From Algoriphagus marincola HL-49 (GTDB taxonomy: Bacteria; Bacteroidota; Bacteroidia; Cytophagales; Cyclobacteriaceae), in contig LJXT01000001.1 of the NCBI GenBank assembly GCA_001314815.1, forward strand, positions 7,301 through 71,300: DNA of 64,000 nt. The letters are read 5' to 3'. Position 1 is the stretch's first letter, and each line of letters begins with the position of its first letter. The notes under the pieces were generated by a model. It was given only the letters and a program-made list of their open reading frames with translations, did not search any database and had not been told where the DNA came from. Of this stretch, positions 1 through 9,338 are shown piece after piece. A program made the translations under genes and the position numbers.

Positions 1-1269
1 ACCTATCGGAAAATGGGGAAACAGAATCTTCAGCTTCAAAAACTCCAAGAACTGGAGGCCCTCATTCCATTTGAGCCGGAGGATTTTTATTTGGAGGCTC
101 TGACTTATTTTTCACTTTCTAGACACTTTGGTGAGAAAAACGATATAGAGTATCAAACACAATATTTCCGAAAAGGTGAAGAAGTTAAAGATAAAGTTCC
201 TCAAAACTGGAATGAAAATGGGGCTTATTTAATCACAAAAGGCCTTCTTGAAATAAAGTTGGGAAACCTAGTTGAGGGCAAAGCAATTGCTCAGCAACTA
301 CTCGATCTATCAGCCACCAAGGAAAATATGGATCACCGAATAGGGGCTTTGGAGCTTTTGGAAGAAGCTTATGAAAAATCAGGTCAAACTGATGAGGCGC
401 TCAATGCTCTCCGCCAGCTTACAAGTTATAAGGACTCTATTTTTGAAGCGAATCAGGCAACATCTTTTGCTTACTATCAGACACTCTACGAGACAGAGAA
501 AAAGGAAAGAGAAATCCTTCGGAAAAATCTTGAGCTCGAGGATTTACAAACTGAATCCAGATTTCGCATTCAAGTATTCCTGGGGATCATTTTAGTTCTA
601 ATCGTTGGGGGTATTATCTTTTTCCTATCCTTAAATCTGAAAAACACCCGAAAGGCAAAGAAGCTTCAGGAGGAATTTTCGCAAGAACTACTTAAAATTC
701 AAGAAGAGGAACGAAAGCGAATATCAAAAGACTTACACGATGGCTTAGGGCAAAGCCTTCTCCTCATCAAAAACAAAGTTGCTCTCAATCAACCGGAAAA
801 TGCAGGCGAAATGCTCGATACCGCAATCAGCGAATTGCGATCCATCGCCAGGTCACTTCATCCCATGCAATTGGAAAAACTGGGATTAGCTCAGGCATTG
901 ACTCAGCTGCTGGATCAAATAGATTCGGAGACAGATATTTTCGTATCCCATGAAATAGCACCCTTGTCCAAAACATTGGATAAAAATGTGGAGTTGCAAT
1001 TATACCGAATCGCGCAGGAAAGTATCAATAACATTCTGAAGCATTCGGAGGCTAAAGCCATGCGGGTGATTCTCGAAACACGAGAAGACCAGATCGAGTT
1101 AAGCATTGAGGATAATGGAAAAGGGTTTGATTTTTCGGAGAAATACCAAGATTTTCATAGCCTAGGTCTTAAAACCCTCAAAGAACGTACGGCGTCTATT
1201 AAAGGGAGCATGAAGGTAAATAGTGAAAAGGGAAAGGGGACCAAGCTAAGTTTTTTAATCAATGCATAA
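1..1269 (+). CDS. Sensor histidine kinase (TPR-like sensor, TM helix, HisKA_3, HATPase_c); 5' end probably outside the window
   Basis: H-box ERKRISKDLHDGLGQ, N-box RIAQESINNILKHS, DNGKGF and GLKTLKER G-boxes. Frame is open from base 1. Confidence 0.9.
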   Translation, partial: TYRKMGKQNLQLQKLQELEALIPFEPEDFYLEALTYFSLSRHFGEKNDIEYQTQYFRKGEEVKDKVPQNWNENGAYLITKGLLEIKLGNLVEGKAIAQQLLDLSATKENMDHRIGALELLEEAYEKSGQTDEALNALRQLTSYKDSIFEANQATSFAYYQTLYETEKKEREILRKNLELEDLQTESRFRIQVFLGIILVLIVGGIIFFLSLNLKNTRKAKKLQEEFSQELLKIQEEERKRISKDLHDGLGQSLLLIKNKVALNQPENAGEMLDTAISELRSIARSLHPMQLEKLGLAQALTQLLDQIDSETDIFVSHEIAPLSKTLDKNVELQLYRIAQESINNILKHSEAKAMRVILETREDQIELSIEDNGKGFDFSEKYQDFHSLGLKTLKERTASIKGSMKVNSEKGKGTKLSFLINA

Positions 1270-1894
1270 ACAGCGCCATCAAGTAATCATTGCAGACGAT
1301 CATCCAATACTTCTGAAGGGACTTCACGAATTTTTGGCAGACCTTGGACTGGAAGTGATTGGGGCCTTCCATAATGGTAAAGATGCTTTAGATGCCATTC
1401 AAGATAGCCAACCTCCACTTGCTATTCTCGACTTGGAAATGCCCGAAATGACTGGTTTGGAGGTAGCCGCAGATTGCAAAAAATTAGGCTTAAAAACCCG
1501 AGTAATTCTATTGACCCTGCACAAAGAATTGAAATTTTATCAGCAAGCCAAGGAACTCAACATCAGTGGGTATATCCTTAAGGAATTTGCTCTAAATGAT
1601 CTTCGAAAAGCGGTTGACACCGTGCTATCTGGAGGGGAGTTTTTCAGTGAAAAACTTTTTGAAGGTCTTAAAAAGGAAGATTGTCTTTCTGACCATTCTT
1701 TAACACCCTCTGAACTCAAAATTCTCCGCTTGATCGCAGATGGTCATTCGACCAAAGAAATTGCTGAGCAGCTTTTTATCTCCGAGCGAACAGTCGACAA
1801 ACATCGCTCAAATATTATTTCCAAGCTTAATCTGGAGAAAAAGCACAACTCCCTATTGATCTGGGCTCAAAACAACAAGGAAAGCTTGTACTAA
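1262..1894 (+). CDS. NarL/LuxR-family response regulator
   Basis: IIADDHP receiver, LDLEMP phospho-Asp, C-terminal LTPSELKILRLIADGHSTKEIAEQLFISERTVDKHR HTH. Overlaps the kinase stop. Confidence 0.95.
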   Translation: MHKQRHQVIIADDHPILLKGLHEFLADLGLEVIGAFHNGKDALDAIQDSQPPLAILDLEMPEMTGLEVAADCKKLGLKTRVILLTLHKELKFYQQAKELNISGYILKEFALNDLRKAVDTVLSGGEFFSEKLFEGLKKEDCLSDHSLTPSELKILRLIADGHSTKEIAEQLFISERTVDKHRSNIISKLNLEKKHNSLLIWAQNNKESLY

Positions 1895-1970
1895 GGACAG
1901 GGCTTAAAGCTCAATTTTTAAAGCAGTTTTCTGACTCTCAAAAGCAGTTTCTACGCTATAAGACCAAAAA

Positions 1971-2017
1971 TAGGTATTTCTACGTATTGTCTTCTACTAG
2001 GCGATTTCCTAGGTTTG
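1971..2017 (+). promoter_or_regulatory. Sigma-A promoter (-33 TTG 1987-1989, -7 TAGGTTTG 2010-2017) with adjacent TAGGTA-tttc-TACGTA palindrome
   Basis: Matches the Bacteroidota TTG-N20-TAnnTTTG consensus. The imperfect 6-4-6 palindrome abuts the -33. Confidence 0.55.
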
Positions 2018-2041
2018 AATGTAATTAATCACTTTTAAGCT

Positions 2042-2317
2042 ATGAAAATTTCAAGTCAACTTGGAAATTTTAAGATAATTCAAACTATCAAGGATAGAGA
2101 CGAATTATTGATTTTGGGCAGTTGGGCAGACTTGGTCAAACTCTTTGATAGCAAGCGGACCTTTCGAGTAAATGAGAATCAAAACTTGTTTGGAATAAAC
2201 GTTTGCAAGCAAGAGTGTGCCGAGTTTTTGACTAGAATCTTACAAGACATTGATTACCACGAATGGGAGGACTTTCAATTGGAAAAATCCAACCTCTCTC
2301 GTAGGTATCTCGCGTAA
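2042..2317 (+). CDS. Hypothetical protein, 91 aa
   Basis: ATG after an AT-rich leader, promoter upstream, protein-like composition, fills the intergenic gap. Confidence 0.7.
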   Translation: MKISSQLGNFKIIQTIKDRDELLILGSWADLVKLFDSKRTFRVNENQNLFGINVCKQECAEFLTRILQDIDYHEWEDFQLEKSNLSRRYLA

Positions 2318-2330
2318 GGGTGATCACTTT

Positions 2331-3194
2331 TTAAGCAACGAATAATTCTAAGGCTGCGTGGATCAACGTATCCACGGTTTTTGCAGCGTTTTTATCAAAT
2401 TCATTTTTGGGACGATTGGCTACGATAGCATTCAGGCTTAGTACCTCATGGCCCAGCAATTTACCCATAGCATAATAGCCAGCCGTTTCCATTTCAAAAT
2501 TGGTTAAGCGCTTACCCTTTGATTCGATAGATGACAACCTTGAAATCATATCCTCAAATCGAGGTTTCAATCGAACTTCCCTTCCCTGCGGAGCATAAAA
2601 TCCGGGACAAGTCAGCGTGATACCTCTTAGAAATCGTTCATCGAGCCTACTTAGCAAGGCTGATGAAGCCGATGTCTGATAAGGCAAAAAACCAAGACCC
2701 AACTCTTTTCTAATCAGCTCTGCTATGTACTGATCTTCGGATAAAGATGGGTAAAACTGCATCAGGGTATCCATTCCAATCCCTACTTCGGAGGCGAGAA
2801 GACTTCCTACCGGGATATCCGCCTGCATACTTCCTGAAGTCCCCAAACGAATGATTTTAAGTGCCTTTTTTTGATCATTCACCGTTCGATGCTCCAGGTC
2901 CACATTGACTAAAGCGTCCAATTCTGTCATGAGGATTTCAATATTATCTGTACCCATTCCCGTACTCATGACAGTCAGCCGCTGCCCCCTGAGATAACCC
3001 GTATGCGTCACAAATTCACGCTTTTGCTTTTTGATTTCTATCCGGTCAAAATACTGAGAAACCTGAGCTACCCGATCCGGATCTCCAACCGTAAAAACAA
3101 GTGAAGCCAGGTCTTCTGGCTTCAAATGCAAATGATAAATACTTCCATCCGGATTGATAATCAACTCAGATGCAGGAATCCTGTGTTTCTCCAT
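2331..3194 (-). CDS. Nucleoside (uridine) phosphorylase family protein
   Basis: VGDPDRV, REFVTHTG, STGMGTDN, IIRLGTSGS and NFEME motifs of the PNP/UDP family. Confidence 0.9.
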   Translation of the reverse strand: MEKHRIPASELIINPDGSIYHLHLKPEDLASLVFTVGDPDRVAQVSQYFDRIEIKKQKREFVTHTGYLRGQRLTVMSTGMGTDNIEILMTELDALVNVDLEHRTVNDQKKALKIIRLGTSGSMQADIPVGSLLASEVGIGMDTLMQFYPSLSEDQYIAELIRKELGLGFLPYQTSASSALLSRLDERFLRGITLTCPGFYAPQGREVRLKPRFEDMISRLSSIESKGKRLTNFEMETAGYYAMGKLLGHEVLSLNAIVANRPKNEFDKNAAKTVDTLIHAALELFVA

Positions 3195-4170
3195 GTAGTT
3201 TTAAGATCTGATCCTTATTTGGCTTTCGGTGAAGTCCTTTATAAGGATTGTAACCGTTGGTATTTTTTTGATAGTATCCTGTCCCATCATAGGGACGCTT
3301 CTCGGGATGCTCTTTGCACTCGGGGGAGCAAGCACCTTCTAATTCCCACCCGCATGATTCACAGATAGGCACATGGATATTGCAGACCGAGTTGGCACAA
3401 TTGACCATGCGGTCGGAGGGAGTACCACAGACATGACACTTGGATACGATGGTCGGATTCACTTTGTTGACATCTACAGCGATCCGATTGTCAAAGACAT
3501 AGCATTTGCCTTCGAAATCCTCTCCGCCCGCTTCCATTCCGTATTTGATAATGCCACCATGAAGCTGGTAGACATCTTCAAAACCCTGCTCCAAAAGAAA
3601 TGCGGATGCCTTTTCACACTTGATTCCTCCTGTGCAATAGGTCAAGACTTTCTTGTTCTTCAAATGCTCCAGTTCCTTCACTTTTTCTGGGAAATCCCGG
3701 AAATTGTCAATATCCAAAGTGAGCGCATTCTTGAAGTGCCCTAGCTCATGCTCGTAGTTTGAGCGGACATCCAAAATGACCACATCTTCCTGGTCTTTGA
3801 GCTTTTTAAACTCTTCCGGCTCCAAATGCTTACCGGTGCGGACATTTGGATCCAAATGCCTGAGGGAAGAGTGTACAATCTCCGGCTTATACCTGACGTG
3901 AATTTTAGTAAAGGCATGCTTGTCATGACTGTCAATCTTGAACTCTGTCTTGGCAAATCGAGTATCGGCATGGACATAGGCCATGTACTTTTCACAATCC
4001 TTTTTCAGTCCAGAGACCGTTCCGTTCAATCCCTCATCTGAAATGATGATTCGACCCCGGATATTGTTTTCCACGCAAAATAGGTGGTGCTGCTCCCTGT
4101 ACTCTTCGGGATTTTCGATTTTTGCATAGCAATAGTACAGGAGGATTTGGTAGTCTTTGTTTTGTTCCAT
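3166..4170 (-). CDS. trhO: tRNA uridine(34) hydroxylase TrhO (rhodanese-related, YceA family)
   Basis: GRIIISDEGLNGT, LDVRSNYE, YCTGGIKCEKAS, LHGGIIKY, FVFDNR-type motif, C-terminal Cys cluster. Confidence 0.85.
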   Translation of the reverse strand: MEQNKDYQILLYYCYAKIENPEEYREQHHLFCVENNIRGRIIISDEGLNGTVSGLKKDCEKYMAYVHADTRFAKTEFKIDSHDKHAFTKIHVRYKPEIVHSSLRHLDPNVRTGKHLEPEEFKKLKDQEDVVILDVRSNYEHELGHFKNALTLDIDNFRDFPEKVKELEHLKNKKVLTYCTGGIKCEKASAFLLEQGFEDVYQLHGGIIKYGMEAGGEDFEGKCYVFDNRIAVDVNKVNPTIVSKCHVCGTPSDRMVNCANSVCNIHVPICESCGWELEGACSPECKEHPEKRPYDGTGYYQKNTNGYNPYKGLHRKPNKDQILKLHGETQDSCI

Positions 4171-4257
4171 AACTCAGGCCCTGTTTCGGCAGGGTGTTGA
4201 AGGATTTATGATTTACGATTTAAAGAAGTACGAAATTTGTATCAATTGAATGTTGAT

Positions 4258-4893
4258 TTATTTCACTTTGGCCGCCGGATTTCCAAAGACCGTTTCATTC
4301 GCTCCCACCGAGCTGATGACCACCGAACCGGCTCCGATTCGGGCATTCTTTCCAATAGTCACTCCAGATACGATTGTTGCGCCAGAACCGATAAAGGCAC
4401 CTTCTTCGATCGTCACCTCCGAATTGATAATGCTTCCTGCACCAATCTGCACATAGTCTGCCACTTTCACATGATGATCTATGATCGCTCCGGTGTGCAA
4501 AATACAATGCTGACCAATTTCGGTACCTGTACCGAGAGTAACCCGAGCATTGATGAAATTGCCATGGCCAATCGCCGCATCACTGGAAATAAATGCTGTG
4601 CTATGAATCGCATTGACCGGCTGTACCTTACGCCGCTCATTCAAAAGCTCCACAATAAACTTCCGATACTTGGCATCATCGACTGCTACAAAGGCTTCTG
4701 TCTTCTTTCCAATCAGTTTTAGAAATCCATCATCTTCCGGATGGCCCAAGACAGGCACCGTATTGATTTCAGAGCCATGCAACTTTTCGTCCTCCTCGAG
4801 AAAGCCATAGACCACAGCTTCATTGCTATTGAAAATCTCCAAAGCTGGCTGGGCTATTCCTTTTGCTCCAAATATTATGATTGGTTTATCCAT
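4258..4893 (-). CDS. NeuD/PglD-like sugar O-acyltransferase (hexapeptide repeat)
   Basis: N-terminal IIIFGAKG Rossmann-like segment, left-handed beta-helix repeats, GAGSVV and VFGNPA. Start MDKPII chosen because TACTTTTG (4913-4920) lies just upstream. Confidence 0.85.
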   Translation of the reverse strand: MDKPIIIFGAKGIAQPALEIFNSNEAVVYGFLEEDEKLHGSEINTVPVLGHPEDDGFLKLIGKKTEAFVAVDDAKYRKFIVELLNERRKVQPVNAIHSTAFISSDAAIGHGNFINARVTLGTGTEIGQHCILHTGAIIDHHVKVADYVQIGAGSIINSEVTIEEGAFIGSGATIVSGVTIGKNARIGAGSVVISSVGANETVFGNPAAKVK

Positions 4894-4947
4894 TTTTCTT
4901 GATTTTGGATTGCAAAAGTACGGCAATTCAACACCATCGCCAAAAAA

Positions 4948-6243
4948 TCAACCTTTTGTCGACTTAATCAAACTTTGGGCGATTTTGCATTGCAAGCATT
5001 TCTTAGGAGAACAATAGGTCCGGAATAGCCCTATCATCCCTTGGGAATCGAAGGCATTGGCCGCTTTCCAGTCGGATGACTCAAACTTTCGAATAATAAA
5101 ATTCCGCTCAGCAGGTATCTCTTGAAGGAGATCAAAGCATCGCTCCTGCCAATCTGGATTTTGGAAATAGCGACCGTAAGCAAACCACAGCGGCATAACA
5201 AAATTAATGATAAGCAGCTGCAAAACTGTACCAGAGATGCCTCTAGAGGCCATTTTTTCGGAAGACTTCCCAAAAGAGTAATGATATAACCAATAGTCTG
5301 AAGGCTGGACTTGCAATAGCTTTTTGAAGGAAGCAAAGTCCCGGGAATCTTCCATCACCGCCTGAAGTAAATTGGGAGCTTTAGCCAAAATTGCAGCAAG
5401 TTGGGCGATCCTTAGAGTTGGAAAATTACTGGGGCGAACTCCCATAAAATTCCAGTGCTGACGAAGGAGCTGATCCTGCCAGCCAAACTTTTTCTGATAA
5501 AAATCATACTCCCGAATCAGGTGCTGCACGTAGGGTTCTTCCGTTTTGTCGGGCAGAAGCCCCGCCAAACCAAAAAGCATCGCTTCCACCGCAGATAATT
5601 GATTTCGATGCTTTTGCAGGATTTTATAAGGTAGCAGGCTAGCTAAATCCAGCATCGGACTAGCATTGGTCTTGAAACCAAAACACTGAAACAGCCAACG
5701 ATAAGCCGTCTCTTCCCAATCGCCCTTGGTCTGATCCAGAATCTGAAGAATCTGCTCTGATTTTTGATGCAAGCGTTCTACTAGAGCCTTTTCCAGAGCT
5801 GAAAATCGGATGATTTCGGGCACCTGAGACAAAGCGTGACCACAAGGCAGGTCTTGCTCATAATGGAGAAGCTGCTCGTAATTCCGCCAAATTTCCAGAA
5901 AAATCCTCCCCTCCAATTCCAAGGTAGGAATACGAGTTCCATCTTTTCGCAGAGCGGATTTATCATCTTTCCAGACCACATGGAGGATGACCGAATTGTA
6001 GGCCGAATCTCCATCATGTGCGTGCTGCTTCCACTCAGAAGCCAAGCGATGCACCTCCACATGGCCATGAAATGTCACTCCGTCTAAAACTATCGTCGCA
6101 TCTCTGAAATCCGGACCTTCGCCTAGATTATGAATACCTACATTCAGGATTTGGACCGATTGTCCATCTGTGGTTTGGAGGCCTTTCCGATCAAAGTATT
6201 GATACTTCCAGACGAGTTGTAAAAAGTCTTCTTTAAAATTCAT
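4948..6243 (-). CDS. DUF2851 family protein
   Basis: MxEDFLQLVWKY, GPDF, HVEVH..SEWKQHAH..D.AY.SVILHVV, RPSNFPTLRIAQLA, C-terminal C..KKCLQCKI. Confidence 0.9.
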   Translation of the reverse strand: MNFKEDFLQLVWKYQYFDRKGLQTTDGQSVQILNVGIHNLGEGPDFRDATIVLDGVTFHGHVEVHRLASEWKQHAHDGDSAYNSVILHVVWKDDKSALRKDGTRIPTLELEGRIFLEIWRNYEQLLHYEQDLPCGHALSQVPEIIRFSALEKALVERLHQKSEQILQILDQTKGDWEETAYRWLFQCFGFKTNASPMLDLASLLPYKILQKHRNQLSAVEAMLFGLAGLLPDKTEEPYVQHLIREYDFYQKKFGWQDQLLRQHWNFMGVRPSNFPTLRIAQLAAILAKAPNLLQAVMEDSRDFASFKKLLQVQPSDYWLYHYSFGKSSEKMASRGISGTVLQLLIINFVMPLWFAYGRYFQNPDWQERCFDLLQEIPAERNFIIRKFESSDWKAANAFDSQGMIGLFRTYCSPKKCLQCKIAQSLIKSTKG

Positions 6244-6477
6244 AAGTCTGAATATTAAAAGCTTATGGAAATTAAAAAATTCAAACTAAAGACGCAAATA
6301 GCAGCTTTAAAAAACCATCCAACTCCGCTTTGTGGCCTGCCATTTTCGAAGGAAAGTCTGCACTCACAGCCAATCAAAAAGAAGAGAATTAGAAACTAAT
6401 TTATCTAGTTCGGCCCTTCAAAAACGTGAGTAATGACACTCCCGTTGGTTGGCAAGGAGTTTTTAGAATCGCCTTGC

Positions 6478-7293
6478 TTACAGATACTGCTCTAACAAAC
6501 TCTTCATTTCTACCTGAAGCTTTTCTGCTTCCCTTTGTGCTGCCTTCGCAAAGTCTTTTTCTCCCGAAGCGTAAATAATCCCCCGACTGGAATTGACCAA
6601 AAGCCCACAAGTGGAATTCATTCCGTATTTGGCAACCTCGGAGAGGCTTCCACCTTGAGCACCTACGCCAGGCACGAGGAAGAAATGCTCAGGGGCGGAT
6701 TTTCGCACTTCGCCGATCAGTTCTCCCCGAGTTGCCCCAACCACATACATGAGGTTTTCCGGGCTTCCCCATTCTTGACTTTTAGCTAAAACCGATTTAT
6801 AAAGGGGTTGACCAGATTCGTCCTGAATTAATTGAAAATCGGATGAACCCGCATTCGAAGTCAGGGCGAGAAGAATCACCCATTTATTTTCAAACTCCAA
6901 AAAGGGAGAAACCGAGTCTTTTCCCATGTAGGGTGCCACGGTAATCGAATCAAAATCCATAGTCTCAAAAAAAGCCTTGGCATAGAGTTTTGACGTATTC
7001 CCGATATCCCCACGCTTGGCGTCAGCAATGGTAAAAATATCATCTGGGATCAGTTCTTCTACCCTGGCTAGCGTCTCCCAACCCTTAGCTCCTAGCGCTT
7101 CAAAGAAGGCAATATTAGGCTTGTAAGCCACCGCAAAATCGGCTGTCTCCTCGATAATGGCTTTGCAAAAGCTAAAAATCGGATCCGGCTCAGCAAGTAA
7201 ATGCCGGGGAATTTTCTCCAAATCCGGATCAAGACCTACACATAGAAAGGAAGATTTTTGCTGAATTTGGGCAAATAGTTCGGATCGGGTCAT
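6478..7293 (-). CDS. pyrF: Orotidine-5'-phosphate decarboxylase (type II)
   Basis: [37 protein letters not shown] and NSSRGIIYA motifs. Confidence 0.97.
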   Translation of the reverse strand: MTRSELFAQIQQKSSFLCVGLDPDLEKIPRHLLAEPDPIFSFCKAIIEETADFAVAYKPNIAFFEALGAKGWETLARVEELIPDDIFTIADAKRGDIGNTSKLYAKAFFETMDFDSITVAPYMGKDSVSPFLEFENKWVILLALTSNAGSSDFQLIQDESGQPLYKSVLAKSQEWGSPENLMYVVGATRGELIGEVRKSAPEHFFLVPGVGAQGGSLSEVAKYGMNSTCGLLVNSSRGIIYASGEKDFAKAAQREAEKLQVEMKSLLEQYL

Positions 7294-7458
7294 GGGGATT
7301 TTTTAGGATTCTGACAAAAGTAAGGAATCCGAGCGAGTTCGAAAACCCCCGAAAAATACCCACTTTTGGGTATCGCCTTTTAAAAAAACAGTTTTTATTG
7401 AACTAATTTTTCAAAAATAACTACATTGAATGTTCTTGAGATTTAAAAACCAAACAAA

Positions 7459-8004
7459 ATGAAAGTCTACCTAAATATTATAGTATTATTTTTTTCAATT
7501 TCCTTTCATTCTATTGGTCAAATTCCGGGATACCGAGAAGATACTGCTTTTCCTACCTTTGACCTGAATTTCCTAATTATTAAATCCACCCAAGATTCGA
7601 ATAAGGAATTTAGATTTCTTAAATCTGATATGGCTGACTTCTTAGAAAAGTTTCCGAACCCTGATAGAAACGAGGATTATTACTACGAAATGCAGGAGGT
7701 AATGACTCGACTGATTTCTTACGATGTTTCTGAGCTTTACTTTCTCGAAGGTAAACTAATTGATTTCAGATTTCAAGATTCTAAATTCTCAATTGGAAAT
7801 GGTGAAAGTTTCATCAAAGTTGGGGACCATTATTCAGAGGTCGAAAAAATATATCCTAGCTACAAAAACCAATTTGACACTTTAAAACGAGAAAATATCG
7901 GGAGGATATTCATTATTCTTTCAAATAAGAAAATAGTTTTAGACGATGGCTTGGGTGTATTTTTCGATTTGGCAACCGGAAAAATAACCAGCATACAATT
8001 TTAG
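7459..8004 (+). CDS. Hypothetical secreted protein
   Basis: N-terminal signal peptide ending SIG-Q, AT-rich codons, 181 aa. Confidence 0.75.
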   Translation: MKVYLNIIVLFFSISFHSIGQIPGYREDTAFPTFDLNFLIIKSTQDSNKEFRFLKSDMADFLEKFPNPDRNEDYYYEMQEVMTRLISYDVSELYFLEGKLIDFRFQDSKFSIGNGESFIKVGDHYSEVEKIYPSYKNQFDTLKRENIGRIFIILSNKKIVLDDGLGVFFDLATGKITSIQF

Positions 8005-8158
8005 TTCAATTTGGTTTTATGGAAAAAGCTTCTGTTGATTTATTCGGATTTTCCTCTATCCAAGATACCATAATTCGCATTCTGAAAATAATCAAGATTT
8101 CAGGAGAGAATCAATAATTTATATTCTTAGTTTATAGATAATTCACTCTTAATTCACA

Positions 8159-9325
8159 ATGAAATTTAAATCACTTAGCCTCTTTCCAGTTTTCGTATTG
8201 GCTGCTATTAATCTTTCGTGTCAAACAGATAAATCCAAGGAAAGCGAGGGTGCCGAATCAGAAAAATTACAAATAAGACTTGACAAAACGATTTCATTAG
8301 ATATTTCCGGTGGGTTCCCTAAGCTTCAGGGAAACCCTATTTTCTTTTCTGATCAGAATGGTTCGTATTTTTATATTCAGACCAATGGTGGAATAGGCAC
8401 ATTTGATCTTAGCAAGGGAGGATTACCTGTTGCCAATCTTAAATTAGAGAAAATAGAAGATTTCAGAGGAGATAGAACCACTGGTCAGAACAGCTTTATA
8501 CCTTACGAGAAAAACAGCTTTCTCTATTTTGACAAAAAATCCAGAGAAATTTCAATTTTCGAAGAGGGAAAATTTACCAAGAGCCAAAAATTAGCTCGTA
8601 TTTCAACCGAAAGCCCAAACCCACTTATTGGTGTTCTTCGGTTTGCTTTGAAAACAGACAAAATCGTATCCGCACTCAATATGCTGGAATTATATGGAAA
8701 GCCCCCCTTCGAATATTCTAATTCCGAAAATACAATTGGTATCTATTCAGAAAATCTCGATGAATTCAAATCAGGACTTCCTTTACCCGAAGAATATTTG
8801 GAAAAGAAAGTCAATGCTTATGACTTGTTGATTTCAATGGACTTTGACGCAAAAGAAGGTGAATACATCCTGAATTTTCCAATTTTGGATGACTTAATCA
8901 TAACAAAAGATTTTGAAAATTACCGGAGATTAAATGCTGCACCAAAAGAGAGCTTTGTAAGCTTAGCCAACCGATCTGGGATAAACTTTGGAGAATGGAA
9001 AAAGGAATACTACACAGAAAACAGTTTCTTTACAGTTTATTACGACCCTTTTCGGGATCTTTATATTCGTCATTATCGGGAAGCATTATCTGAGGGTGAT
9101 TATGAGTCTTTGGCTGCAAACTCCTATAAAATGTTTGATCCAAAGAATAAAAACTTTCTTTTGTTTCTAGACAAGGATGGGCAGCATCTGCATACAATGG
9201 ACGTTTCGGAATACAATCATTTGTATATTCATTTTGGAAAAGAAGGAATGTATATCTTAAATGATACTGAATTAGAAAATGAAGATTCCCTAACATTCAG
9301 TCTTTTTACGATTGAAAAGATTTAG
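8159..9325 (+). CDS. Lipoprotein, DUF4221-like beta-propeller
   Basis: Lipobox NLSC followed by a charged export-signal stretch; YYTENSFFTVYYDPFRDLYIR matches the DUF4221-type YDPYR.VYYR pattern. Confidence 0.7.
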   Translation: MKFKSLSLFPVFVLAAINLSCQTDKSKESEGAESEKLQIRLDKTISLDISGGFPKLQGNPIFFSDQNGSYFYIQTNGGIGTFDLSKGGLPVANLKLEKIEDFRGDRTTGQNSFIPYEKNSFLYFDKKSREISIFEEGKFTKSQKLARISTESPNPLIGVLRFALKTDKIVSALNMLELYGKPPFEYSNSENTIGIYSENLDEFKSGLPLPEEYLEKKVNAYDLLISMDFDAKEGEYILNFPILDDLIITKDFENYRRLNAAPKESFVSLANRSGINFGEWKKEYYTENSFFTVYYDPFRDLYIRHYREALSEGDYESLAANSYKMFDPKNKNFLLFLDKDGQHLHTMDVSEYNHLYIHFGKEGMYILNDTELENEDSLTFSLFTIEKI

Positions 9326-9338
9326 CAAGTTCTTTTTG

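Noticed and set aside
6401-6610. 69-aa ORF overlapping the pyrF 3' end
   Set aside because: It is mostly an alternative frame of pyrF with no recognisable motif.
8015-8113. 32-aa ORF MEKASVDL... before the DUF4221-like lipoprotein
   Set aside because: No signal peptide, no Cys and no coupling to the next gene, unlike the peptide at 16187.
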